Source: Alphaproteobacteria bacterium (GTDB taxonomy: Bacteria > Pseudomonadota > Alphaproteobacteria > UBA828). Taken from it: DNA of 64,000 bases. Position numbers and translations under genes: made by a program. Positions 20,530 to 30,187 of this stretch are shown here, one piece after another (within the stretch, counting starts at the first letter, position 1; the number at the start of each line of letters is the position of its first letter). The notes beneath the pieces are model-generated. The model saw only the letters and a list, made by a program, of their open reading frames with translations. It did not search any database and had not been told where the DNA came from. The stretch is taken from assembly GCA_965237415.1 (NCBI GenBank), contig CBDEFM010000002.1, forward strand, positions 1,504,001 through 1,568,000, read 5' to 3'.

Positions 20530-22373
20530 CTCCGGCGTCAGCAGCGCGCCGCCCGCGCCCAGCGCCGCCATCCACATCCCGATATGGGCATGCCGCCGGG
20601 GCGGCCGGCCGTCGTGGACATCGCCGCCGTTCCAGCTCATCTCGCCGGCGCCGTAGCCGAGCGCGCTCCACACCGAGAACCGGTCGCTCAGCGCCAACCG
20701 CAGATAGGGATGCACGCCGTTCACCGACGCTTCGTTTCCCGCGTTCCCGCCCGGCCCGTGGCCGCCTCGGCCGGCGCCGTGGGACAGCGCCACACCGGCC
20801 CTGAGGCGGCCGCACTCGACATCGGCCCCGATCAGGCCCGCCAGGCCCTCGCCGACGGCCCCGTCGCCGACCCCGAATTGCAGCGGTGCCGTGCCGCCCC
20901 AGACCGACCGGCGTCCCGTCGAACTGACGGCGTCCCCGTCCGTCAACAGGAATGCGCTGTATGAGAGGAGGCCGCGCCCGGACATGCCCTGCGAAGGCCG
21001 ATGCACGCCGCCATCGTCGCCGACGCCGTGTCCGTAGCGGTCGGGGCCGCCCGCGATCCCGTGCCGCCATTGCTCGCCGGCCGTGTCCGCCATCTCCGGC
21101 GCGGGCCAGGCTTCCCCTGCCGCCGGAACCGGCGCCGGACCGATGCGCTGCCCGCCCAGCGCCAGGTACGGATCCCGGTCTCCCGCCGTCAGCCGCTCGC
21201 CAAGCCGGTCCACCAGCCCCGACGCCAGCGCGCGCCCGAAGCCGATGATCCATGCCCTGGACAAGGGATCGACGTCGACGATGGTCCCGGTCGCGGCGGG
21301 GTCGGCGATCCGCACACCGCGCGGGTTCGACAGCATCAGTGTCAGCGTCTCGATACCCTCGTCATGCCGGTCGTCGAGCACCGTCACGGAGACCGTCTTC
21401 TCCGTCTCGCCCGGCGCCAGGGCGAGCGTGCCGCGCGTGGCCCTGTAGTCGGACCCCGCCGTTGCGGTCCCGTCCGAAGTGGCATAGTCCACCGTCACTG
21501 CCGCCGCCGCTGCAGCGCCCAGCGTCCCCCGGAAGACGAGCGATGCGCCCGGACCCTCGCGCACCCGGGCATCGGCCACCGACAGTCCCGGCGGCGCCGT
21601 CTGCCTCGACGAGCAGGATCCCAGGGTCAGCGTGCCGTCGCAGTTGGCAACGTCGTCCAGGTCCGTCCAGGGCACGGTGATGCTCGAATACACCCAGGGC
21701 AGTTGCCCGGGGACATGGTGGGCAATGCGTTCGCAATGCGCACGGTACAGCTGCGGACCCCGCCGACCGGGGTCGCCGAGGCAGTCGCGTGCACACAGGT
21801 CTGGGCGGCCGAGCTCATGCGCTCGAACCGCGCCAGACACCCCGCGTCCGTGTCCATGTCCCGCCGGTTGCACAGCCCGCCCACATCCGAGCAGCAGTAG
21901 ATCCACCCGATCCGGTGCAGGCTCGACCCGGTGCGCCGGCCGCCGTCGTCGAGATGCAGGGTCCGGTCCATGGCCCCGTCCAGGTCGACCTTCGCAATCA
22001 CGGTCCCGTATTCCGGGCACAGGTTCCGCACCTCGAACGTGTTCCGCTGGAACGGATCCCGGTTGTTCCACCGGGCATCCATGCAGGCGGCGTCCCGGTG
22101 ACTGATCCTGTCGTTGACGCCGCAGGCCGCATCGACCGGCGCCGGAGACACAGCCCAAACCGAAACCGAAAGCAGCGCAGCCGCAATCCGTGGCCCGCAC
22201 CGCCTGGCGCGGCCCGGCAGCACCGGGCCAGCCGGAGCCAGGCGGATGCCCGTCGGAATAAGCTGCGATGGAAGGGGTGTATACCGGTCGAAGCTGGCCG
22301 AAGCGCACGCATGCAACCGGTTCCCCGCCGATCCCGGCAAGGGACGGATCCGTTCGACTGGTTCGTCGAACAT
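20530..22373 (-). pseudogene. Cys-rich secreted domain + Calx-beta + truncated autotransporter-like beta domain (copy 1)
   Basis: Signal-like RIAAALLSVSVWAVSPAPVDA; Cys-rich domain; frameshift near 21740; VTVDYATSDGTATAGSDY...LDDRHDEGIETLTL; HPYLR...WSALGYGAGE; truncated at relaxase junction. Confidence 0.8.
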
Positions 22374-22796
22374 CGCGGCGTTCCCCTTGTTCGGGGCGGC
22401 CGGCCGCGTGCTCTTCAGTCTTGTATGTTGGGGCTGTGGCGGGAAAATTCCAGTACTGTGCGGCAGACGCTAGACTGGTCACGGATTCGCGGGCGCGCCA
22501 ATTTGGCGACAGCCTGACCCTGGCACGGTCCGCCTCGCGTACCCCACAGCCACGACTCTTTCTTGCCGCCAGATTCCCCGGGATTTAAGCGGACCGCGAT
22601 ATCGTTGTCTGAATCGTGCAAGAGCTGAATAACCTGGCTTCAGGGCATTTGCAGGAGCCCGGTTGCGACCGGCACAGGCGATGTAGAGGTTCCGCATGGG
22701 TACCCATAGGATACCAGGCAGAGCATATCGTTGGCGGCACTTGCGCGGTCTGGAAGACCCTGACGCCTTGAGATATCGTAACTGTCATTCGGCAAG

Positions 22797-22863
22797 CGTG
22801 CCCTTGTCACTCGTGCCCTTGTCACTCGTGCCCTTGTCACTCGTGCCCTTGTCACTCGTGCCC
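22797..22863. repeat. Perfect 15-bp tandem repeat (CGTGCCCTTGTCACT) x4.5
   Basis: Four exact units plus CGTGCCC, intergenic. Confidence 0.95.
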
Positions 22864-23157
22864 AAGATGACGGCAGATCATCACAGGCCGAGCGCTGGCC
22901 TTTGCTATCGCCTTGAGGACAGCACCCTCTGTCGGGGGCCCCGGTCGACGTTTTACGCAGCCGGGGGCTGTGGCTATTCGAGCGGGTTTTCCCGAGTGCG
23001 CCGGCTGCGGCGCCGAGCAGGGCAGCAAGGCTTTCTTCCGCCGACGGTCGGGTTGTCACCACTCGGAGGCTCAAGTAGCATTCTTGCGGCCTCGCCCGAA
23101 GGCTTCGCTCCGCTCCGGGATGGCCCAACTAAAGCAAAACGAGAGGGAGGTTTCGCG

Positions 23158-24381
23158 ATGCGGTTTCATCGAAACATGGTGCTCGCTGCCGTAGGCGCAC
23201 TGTTGGTCCTGTGCGCCGGAACGCAAGCACGCGCTGAAGACCCGCTCGTCATCGGCATTGCGAAGTCCAGCACGGGCTTCATGTCGGCCTACGACCTGCC
23301 GGCCAAGCTCGGTATCGAACTCGCCATCGAGGACATCAATGCCGAAGGCGGGTTGCTCGGCCGTAAACTTACGTCGATGACGACGACGGCGGCCAACGCA
23401 AGCGACTGACGCAGGCGGGATCGCGACACCAAGACCGACAAGGCTCAGGCCGTCATAGCGGCGCAAGAGCTGATCGACGAGGGCGCACATGTGCTAAGTG
23501 TCAGCTGCGACTTCGACTATGGCGGCCCGGCGGCCTCGGTCGCCCAGGAGAACGACCTCATCGGGCTCGGATGCGCGGGCTCCCCCCGTTTCGGCAAGCA
23601 GGGTGTCGGCCCCAACGCCTTCAGTCTCGATACGCAGACGCCCGACGAGTGCGGCTCGCTCGCCGAGTGGTCGTCGATGAGCCGAGGCTGGAAGACGGTC
23701 TATCTGCTCACCGATACCTTCATCGACTACACCAAGACCTGCTCGCAGTATTTCGAGACGCGCTGGATCGAGCTCGAAGGCGAGGAGAGCGTCGTCGGGC
23801 GGGATACCTTCCTGCTGACCGATACGAGCATCGCCTCCCAAGTGAGCCGCATCAGGGGTCTCGAGACGCCGCCCGATTTCCTGTTCGTGCCGAGCTGCAA
23901 TCCCGGGCTCGGCGTCGCGGCCCGCCAGATCAGGGCCGCCGGAATCGACGCGCCTATCGTGACCGGCGTGTGCGGTGACGGCGACTACTGGCTCGAGTCC
24001 GCGCCGGGCCTCGATAACTTCTACAACGCGGCGTATATCTCGACCTATCTCGATGATCCCTGGGAGGATGTGAACGCATTCGTCCGGCGGCAGATCGAGG
24101 CCGATCCGGACATCACGCAACGCGCCTTCGCAGTGATCGGCTACAGCGAGATCCAGGCTTATGCCGAGGCCGTGAAGAGGGCCGGCAGCTTCGATGCGGC
24201 GGCGGTGCGCGAAGCCCTTGAGAACTTCAAGGAAGTTCCGCTGCTGGTCGGTCCGACCACCTTCACGAGCGAGCGCCATGGCGACATCTGGCGGCCGATA
24301 GTGATCGTAGAAGTGAAGGACGGGAAGCATCGGTTCGTCGAGCGGTGGAAGATTCAAAAGCCTCCGCCAGTGAAGTTTTAG
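23158..24381 (+). pseudogene. Liv-type ABC substrate-binding protein interrupted by in-frame TGA
   Basis: GGAGG RBS, signal peptide, INAEGGLLGRKL, TGA at 23407-23409, then DRDTKTD...SCDFDYGGPAA in the same frame. Confidence 0.8.
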
Positions 24382-24494
24382 ATTCCGAGCTTGCGATGGG
24401 TGCTGGCTGCCTATCGCGCAGCCGGCGTCCACGCGCCTAAATATCGGGTTATCGTCGACGCCGAACGGCATTCAACCCGGAACTGCGGGAACTC

Positions 24495-26012
24495 ATGAGC
24501 CTGAGAGGCGAGGGCCTTCGAGTCTATTTCGAGGGCGTCAAGGCCGTAGACGGCGTTGATATCAAGCTGGACCCAGGCGAGATTCTGGGCCTGATTGGCC
24601 CGAACGGCGCGGGCAAGACAACGCTCATGAATGCGCTGAGCGGCTTCGTTCCGCTCAGGAGCGGAAGGGTCACGCTCGGCGAGGAAACCGTTACCGTATG
24701 GCCACCCAATCGGCTTGCGAAGAGCGGATTGGCGCGGACGTTCCAGAATGTTCGCCTTTTTCGCGGCCTCACGGTCTCCGAGAACGTCGAGGTCGCAGCC
24801 GTCGGTGTCGGCCTCGGGCGACGGGAGGCCAAGCGCCGGGCCTCCGAAGTGCTCGAGTGGGTCGGCCTCCTGCCGAGAGCGCATCTGCCCACCGAGAAGC
24901 TCTCATTCGGGGAGGAACAGCGTGTGGGCATCGCCCGCGCCATCGCGACGCGCCCGCAGTTTCTCCTCCTCGATGAACCAGCGGCAGGTTTGAATGAAGC
25001 GGAAGGCGACGAACTGGTGACCCTGATCTCGCGGATCAGGGAGAGTGAGGGCTGCGGGGTCCTGATCATCGAACACGATATGCGGCTCGTGATGAACCTT
25101 TGCGACAGCATTCACGTGCTCGACAACGGCAAGACGATCGCCACCGGCCCGCCCGAAGAGATCCAGAGAAATGACGCGGTCATCACCGCATATCTGGGCA
25201 CCAGAAAGCTCGGGGCGAAGGCCGTCGGCGAAGATGAGGCCCCTCCCCCAACCGGCCGCGAGCAGGCGCAGGAGCTTCTCTCCGTCACCGATCTGCATGT
25301 GAGCTACGGCCGGGTGCCGGCGCTCAGAGGCGTATCGCTCAAGGTCCGCCGTGGAGAGATGGTCGGAGTCGTTGGACCGAACGGCGCAGGAAAGTCGACC
25401 CTGTTGCTCACGATCGCCGGTGTGTTTCGGCCGATACAGGGAAGCGTACAGCTTGGCGATGACTCGCTGGTGCGTCAGGCACCGGAAGACATCGTGCGCA
25501 AAGGCGTTTCCTTGGTGCCGGAGCGACGACACATATTCGCGCAGCTCACGGTCGAAGAGAACCTGAGGGTGGCGGCTGCTACCCGAACCGAAAAGCAGCA
25601 AACGACGCGCGATCTGGAGGAGCTCTACGAGCGCTTTCCGATTCTCGGTGAGCGCCGCGCCTCACGCGGCGGCAACCTGTCGGGCGGTCAGCAGCAGCAG
25701 CTTGCGATCGCCCGCGCCCTTCTCACCCGCCCGCAACTCCTGCTTGTGGACGAACCCTCCCTCGGCCTCGCGCCGATACTCGTCGAGCGGGTCTTCGATT
25801 CCCTTGCAGCGTTGCGGGACGAAGGTGTTTCTATCCTCCTCGTCGAGCAAAATGCACTGGCGACCATCGAGATGAGCGATCGCATCTATGTGCTCCGCCG
25901 CGGCGAAATCGCGCTTGAGGGCGAGGGGACCGATGCGACGATCCGCGCCGATATCGTCAAGTCCTATATCGATCAGCTCGGTCTCGACGTGCAAACCACG
26001 TCAGCAGCGTAG
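24495..26012 (+). CDS. Fused double ABC ATPase (LivG-LivF)
   Basis: Two Walker A motifs (GPNGAGKTT, GPNGAGKST), two LDEP/VDEP motifs, LSFGE and LSGGQ. Confidence 0.92.
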   Translation: MSLRGEGLRVYFEGVKAVDGVDIKLDPGEILGLIGPNGAGKTTLMNALSGFVPLRSGRVTLGEETVTVWPPNRLAKSGLARTFQNVRLFRGLTVSENVEVAAVGVGLGRREAKRRASEVLEWVGLLPRAHLPTEKLSFGEEQRVGIARAIATRPQFLLLDEPAAGLNEAEGDELVTLISRIRESEGCGVLIIEHDMRLVMNLCDSIHVLDNGKTIATGPPEEIQRNDAVITAYLGTRKLGAKAVGEDEAPPPTGREQAQELLSVTDLHVSYGRVPALRGVSLKVRRGEMVGVVGPNGAGKSTLLLTIAGVFRPIQGSVQLGDDSLVRQAPEDIVRKGVSLVPERRHIFAQLTVEENLRVAAATRTEKQQTTRDLEELYERFPILGERRASRGGNLSGGQQQQLAIARALLTRPQLLLVDEPSLGLAPILVERVFDSLAALRDEGVSILLVEQNALATIEMSDRIYVLRRGEIALEGEGTDATIRADIVKSYIDQLGLDVQTTSAA

Positions 26013-26032
26013 GTGTCTCCAGGCGTCGCGCG

Positions 26033-26911
26033 ATGGTCGTTCAGCACCTAGTCGATGCGATCAGCCTTGGCAGTCTCTACGCGCTCGCCGTGCTCGGCAT
26101 CGCCCTGATCCTCGGCGTGATGAAGCTGATCAACTTCGCCCACGGGGATCTGATCATGGTGGGGGGCTATTCGATGGCAGCCCTCAGCCCCTATCCATGG
26201 CCGCTCCTGATTCTCGGCACGCTCGCCACCACGACCCTGCTTGCGCTGCTCATGGAGCGCACGGCGTTTCGACCCGTGCGAGGCGCCAGTGCGGCAACCC
26301 TGCTGATCACGTCCTTCACCGTGAGCTATCTGCTGCAGAACATCGTGTCGGCAACGCTCACCTCGAATGCGCGGCCGGTGATGATGCCGATGTTCGTGCT
26401 CGAGTTGATCGAGATCGGCGACGTGCGGATTCAGAAGCTCGGCGTCGTCACCGTTGCGGTTACCGTCCTGCTCGTCGCGGCCCTGGCGATCGGCCTGAAA
26501 TGGACCTCGATCGGGCTTCACATGCGCTCGGCGGCCGAGGACTTCCGCATGGCCCGGCTGCTCGGCGTGCGCGCCAACAGGGTGATCGCCGTCTCCTTCG
26601 CGGTCAGCGGCTTCCTCGCGGGCACCGTGTCGCTGATCTTCATGTCGCAGATCGGCGCCGTCGTGCCGACGACGGGCATCAGCATCACCCTCGTCGCCTT
26701 CGTCGGCACCGTCGTGGGCGGCATGGGCAACCTGACGGCGGCGACCGCCGGCGGATTCCTCCTCGGCGTGATGACCGTCGTGCTGCAGGTTGCATTGCCT
26801 CTGGAGCTTTCGCCGTTCCGGGACGCCTTCGTCTTCACGCTGGTCATAGTGATCCTGCTGCTCCGCCCGCAGGGTCTGCTGCAGCGCCACAGCCGACGGC
26901 AGATTCTCTGA
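26033..26911 (+). CDS. Liv-type ABC permease (LivH-like)
   Basis: GSLYAL...INFAHGD, MRSAAEDFRMARLLGV, GGMGNL. Confidence 0.9.
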   Translation: MVVQHLVDAISLGSLYALAVLGIALILGVMKLINFAHGDLIMVGGYSMAALSPYPWPLLILGTLATTTLLALLMERTAFRPVRGASAATLLITSFTVSYLLQNIVSATLTSNARPVMMPMFVLELIEIGDVRIQKLGVVTVAVTVLLVAALAIGLKWTSIGLHMRSAAEDFRMARLLGVRANRVIAVSFAVSGFLAGTVSLIFMSQIGAVVPTTGISITLVAFVGTVVGGMGNLTAATAGGFLLGVMTVVLQVALPLELSPFRDAFVFTLVIVILLLRPQGLLQRHSRRQIL

Positions 26912-27981
26912 TGGCTTTGCGCCCCCGCGACGACGTCTTGACGGCCCTCTCGCCGGTGGCGGGCCCGAGCCTGCTGATTGTCGTCATCGTGGCTATCTTG
27001 GCCGGGATCGGCGATGCCGGTCTCAACCGAATCGCCACGCTCGGTCTGGTTAACCTCATTCTGGTGGTGGGTCTGTACATCTTCGTGGGCAATTCGGGCA
27101 TTTTGTCCTTCGGGCAGATGAGCTTCATGGCGGTGGGCGCCTATATCTCGGGCGCGTTGACCATCCCGCTGGCCATGCGGAACGTGCTGCTTCCCAACCT
27201 GCCGGGGCCTCTCGGGACCGAGCTGCTGCCCACCGTGCTCGCCATCGTCCTGGGCGCCGCGGTGGCGGCGGTGGTCGCGTTCATCGTTGCGGTTCCGCTT
27301 ATGCAGCTTTCCGGGCTCGCTGCCGGCATCGCCTCGCTGGCGGTGCTGCAGATCACCTATGTCGTCGCCAGCAATTGGAACGACGTGACCGGCGGGGCGG
27401 CCTCGATGCCAGGTGTGCCGCGCACGACCGGTCTCTGGTCGACGCTGTTCTGGGCGCTGGCGGCCATCGCCGTCGCCTACCTCTTCCAGATATCGCGCTT
27501 CGGGCTGAGGCTCAGGGCCGCGCGGGAAGACCGCGGCGCGGCCGCGTCGATCGGCGTCAATGTGGTCTGGCACCGGGTCTTCGCCTTTTGCCTCAGCGCC
27601 TTCGTCGTCGGCGCGGGCGGCGGTCTGCACATTCACTTTCTGGGGATCGGCAGTCCGGAGAGCTTCTATCTCGGGATCACGTTCATGACGCTCGCCATGC
27701 TCGTGGTGGGCGGCATGAACAGCCTGTGGGGAGCGGTCCTCGGGACGCTCGTCGTCACGACGATCGGGGAGCTCCTGCTCCGCATCGAACTCGCGAGCGG
27801 CGTTCTCAACCTCCGCGAGGTGGGGCTTGCGCTCGTCATGCTGGCGATCCTGATTCTCAGGCCGCGCGGCATCACGGGCGGGCTGGAGCTAGAATGGTAC
27901 CGGGTGAGAGAGTGGGCAGGGTGGCGTCTCGTGAGAGGGCTGCCGGCCGGGTCTCACCCCTCAAAGCCGGGGAAGCGCTGA
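26911..27981 (+). CDS. Liv-type ABC permease (LivM-like)
   Basis: GNSGILSFGQ, GLRLRAARED, VVGGMNSLWGA, RPRGITG. Confidence 0.9.
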   Translation: MALRPRDDVLTALSPVAGPSLLIVVIVAILAGIGDAGLNRIATLGLVNLILVVGLYIFVGNSGILSFGQMSFMAVGAYISGALTIPLAMRNVLLPNLPGPLGTELLPTVLAIVLGAAVAAVVAFIVAVPLMQLSGLAAGIASLAVLQITYVVASNWNDVTGGAASMPGVPRTTGLWSTLFWALAAIAVAYLFQISRFGLRLRAAREDRGAAASIGVNVVWHRVFAFCLSAFVVGAGGGLHIHFLGIGSPESFYLGITFMTLAMLVVGGMNSLWGAVLGTLVVTTIGELLLRIELASGVLNLREVGLALVMLAILILRPRGITGGLELEWYRVREWAGWRLVRGLPAGSHPSKPGKR

Positions 27982-30044
27982 TGAGCACGCGACATCGAGT
28001 GGCCGTGGACGTAGGCGGAACCTTCACTGATCTCGTGGCGGTCGCCGCCGACGGGAATTTTCGATTCACGAAGGTGCCGACCACCTATCCCGACTACCAG
28101 CGAGGCGTAATCGATGCCGTGCGGGCGGCCGATGTCCCCTTCGAGGATATGGAGATATTCCTCCACGGGCTGACGATCGCGACGAACGCCGTGGTCGCGC
28201 GCACCGGCGCAAGAACGGGCCTCGTCGGCACCAAGGGCTTTCGCGATCTCATCGAGATCAGACGGGCCAACCGTCCCCGCGAGGGCATGTATGACGTATC
28301 CTGGGAGCCGTCGCCGCCGCTGGTGCCGCGCCGGGATCGCCTCACCGTCACCGAGCGTGTCGACTATCTCGGGAACGTGCTGACACCCGTGGACGAGGGC
28401 GAGGCGCGGGCGGTGGGGCGGGCCTTCCGGAAGCGCGGCATCGAATCCATCGCGGTCAGCTTCCTCAACGCCTTCCTGAATCCGGAGAACGAGCGCGAGA
28501 TGGCGCGGATACTTCGGGAAGAATGCCCGGACGCGTCGATCACGCTCTCGTCCGAGCTGATCCCCGTGATTCTCGAGTTCGAGCGTACGTCGACGGCGGT
28601 GGTCAACGCCTATCTGGAGCCGATCGTCCGACGCTACATGGATCAGCTCACCAAGGGCTTCCATGACGAGCGCTACGCCGGCGAGATTCTCGTCATGCAA
28701 TCCTCGGGCGGAGTCACCACGCCCGAGGGCGCCGGGCGCAACGCGGCGCGGACGATCATGTCCGGCCCGGCTGCCGGTGTCATTGCCGCCAAGGCGCTGG
28801 GCGAGTTCGCCGGCGTCCGCAACCTCATCAGTCTCGACATGGGCGGCACGAGTGCGGACATCGCGACGATCTTCGAGGGAGAGATCCGCACGACCGAGGA
28901 GTCGAAAATCGATTTCGGCATACCCGTGGTCTTTCCGTCGATCGATCTGATCACCATCGGTGCAGGTGGTGGCACCATCGCCTGGATCGACGAGGGCGGT
29001 GTGCTGAAGAGCGGGCCTGCCAGCGCAGGCTCGGCGCCCGGGCCGGCCTGCTACGGCGCGGGAGGGACCGAGGCGACGAACACCGACGCCAACATGGTCC
29101 TCGGTGCGCTCAGTCCGGAGGGGCTGGCCGGCGGCGCCATGAAGCTCAAGCCGGAACTCGCGCACGAGTCCGTAAAGCGGATCGCCGACCGCCTCGGCAT
29201 GGATGTCACCAAGGCTGCAAATGGTATCATCACGGTCTCCAACGCCAACATGGTCCAGGCCATGCGTCAGGTGACCACCGAGCGGGGCTATGATCCGCGC
29301 GAGTTCGCGTTGGTCGCATTCGGCGGCGCGGGACCGCTGCACTGCGCCGAGCTCGCCTTGCAGATGAGCATTCCCAAGGTCATCGTGCCACCGAATCCGG
29401 GGCTCACCTCGGCGCTCGGCCTGCTCTTTGCGGATGTTCGCTACGACTTCTCGCGAACGCGAATCCGCCGCGCCGATCAGTTGGATTGCGCCGAGATCGA
29501 AGCGGAATTCGCGGACCTGGAGACGACGGCGTGCGACATGCTGCGCGCATCGGGATTTGGCGAGGAGCGCATCCATCTGCAGCGGATCGCGAACTTCAAG
29601 TATTACGGCGGCTTCGAGGCAGTGTCGCTTTCCATCGTGATCGAGGGCCGGCCCTTCGATGAGGCCGCTCTCGATGCGGCGCTTGCCCGCTTCTCCTCGG
29701 AGCACGTGCGGGAATACAACTACGTGCTCGACGAGGTTCCGGTGGAACTGCAGCTCATCCGCCTTGTCGCCTACGGCCTGATCGACCGGCCTTCGCTGAG
29801 GCAGAGCGACAAGGAGGGGTCTGCCGCCGCGGCGGAGACCGGCAGGCGGGATGTCTTCTTCGAAGAGGAGGGCAGCTTTGTTCCGACGACGGTGTATGAC
29901 CGCGACAGGCTCCTGCCGGGAGCTCGGCTCGTGGGGCCTGCGATCGTCGAGCAGATGGATTCGACCGTGCTGATCAGGCCCGGCATGAGCGCGGACGTCG
30001 ACCGCTTCTTCAACCTCATCCTCGAGACAGGCGCAGCCCGCTAG
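27981..30044 (+). CDS. Hydantoinase/oxoprolinase subunit A (ATP-dependent amidohydrolase)
   Basis: DVGGTFTD, EFERTSTAVVNAY, SGPAAG, DMGGTSAD, GAGGG, FGGAGPLH. Confidence 0.93.
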   Translation: MSTRHRVAVDVGGTFTDLVAVAADGNFRFTKVPTTYPDYQRGVIDAVRAADVPFEDMEIFLHGLTIATNAVVARTGARTGLVGTKGFRDLIEIRRANRPREGMYDVSWEPSPPLVPRRDRLTVTERVDYLGNVLTPVDEGEARAVGRAFRKRGIESIAVSFLNAFLNPENEREMARILREECPDASITLSSELIPVILEFERTSTAVVNAYLEPIVRRYMDQLTKGFHDERYAGEILVMQSSGGVTTPEGAGRNAARTIMSGPAAGVIAAKALGEFAGVRNLISLDMGGTSADIATIFEGEIRTTEESKIDFGIPVVFPSIDLITIGAGGGTIAWIDEGGVLKSGPASAGSAPGPACYGAGGTEATNTDANMVLGALSPEGLAGGAMKLKPELAHESVKRIADRLGMDVTKAANGIITVSNANMVQAMRQVTTERGYDPREFALVAFGGAGPLHCAELALQMSIPKVIVPPNPGLTSALGLLFADVRYDFSRTRIRRADQLDCAEIEAEFADLETTACDMLRASGFGEERIHLQRIANFKYYGGFEAVSLSIVIEGRPFDEAALDAALARFSSEHVREYNYVLDEVPVELQLIRLVAYGLIDRPSLRQSDKEGSAAAAETGRRDVFFEEEGSFVPTTVYDRDRLLPGARLVGPAIVEQMDSTVLIRPGMSADVDRFFNLILETGAAR

Positions 30045-30157
30045 GAGCCTGCGCCGCAGAACGCTTTTGGGCACCTTCAGACACCATAGGTAGTAGTAAA
30101 GAATGATCTGATACCACTACATATAGTAGGCAATTTTCCTACGGCGCAGGCTCCTAG
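30041..30157. mobile_element. MITE-like element with CTAG ends at the hydantoinase A stop codon
   Basis: CTAGGAGCCTGCGCCG ... CGGCGCAGGCTCCTAG perfect 16-bp inverted repeat; AT-rich interior; no ORF. Confidence 0.8.
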
Positions 30158-30187
30158 GGCGCCCCAACCCCGTCAGGGAGAACTGAG

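Noticed and set aside
22797-22863. Possible CRISPR array
   Set aside because: Repeats are adjacent with no spacers, only 15 bp, and no cas genes are present.
23407-23409. Selenocysteine recoding of the in-frame TGA
   Set aside because: The position lies in an apparent insert of a binding protein, not a catalytic Cys site; no convincing SECIS seen.
25888-30044. Long ORFs 25888-27981 and 27375-30044 as fusion proteins
   Set aside because: The N-terminal extensions are off-frame overlaps of upstream genes; true starts at 26911 and 27981 overlap upstream stops. The 48058 fusion differs because all three parts are recognisable domains.
27954-30074. 706-aa antisense ORF and similar long opposite-strand ORFs
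   Set aside because: Expected mirror frames in high-GC coding DNA; no motifs.
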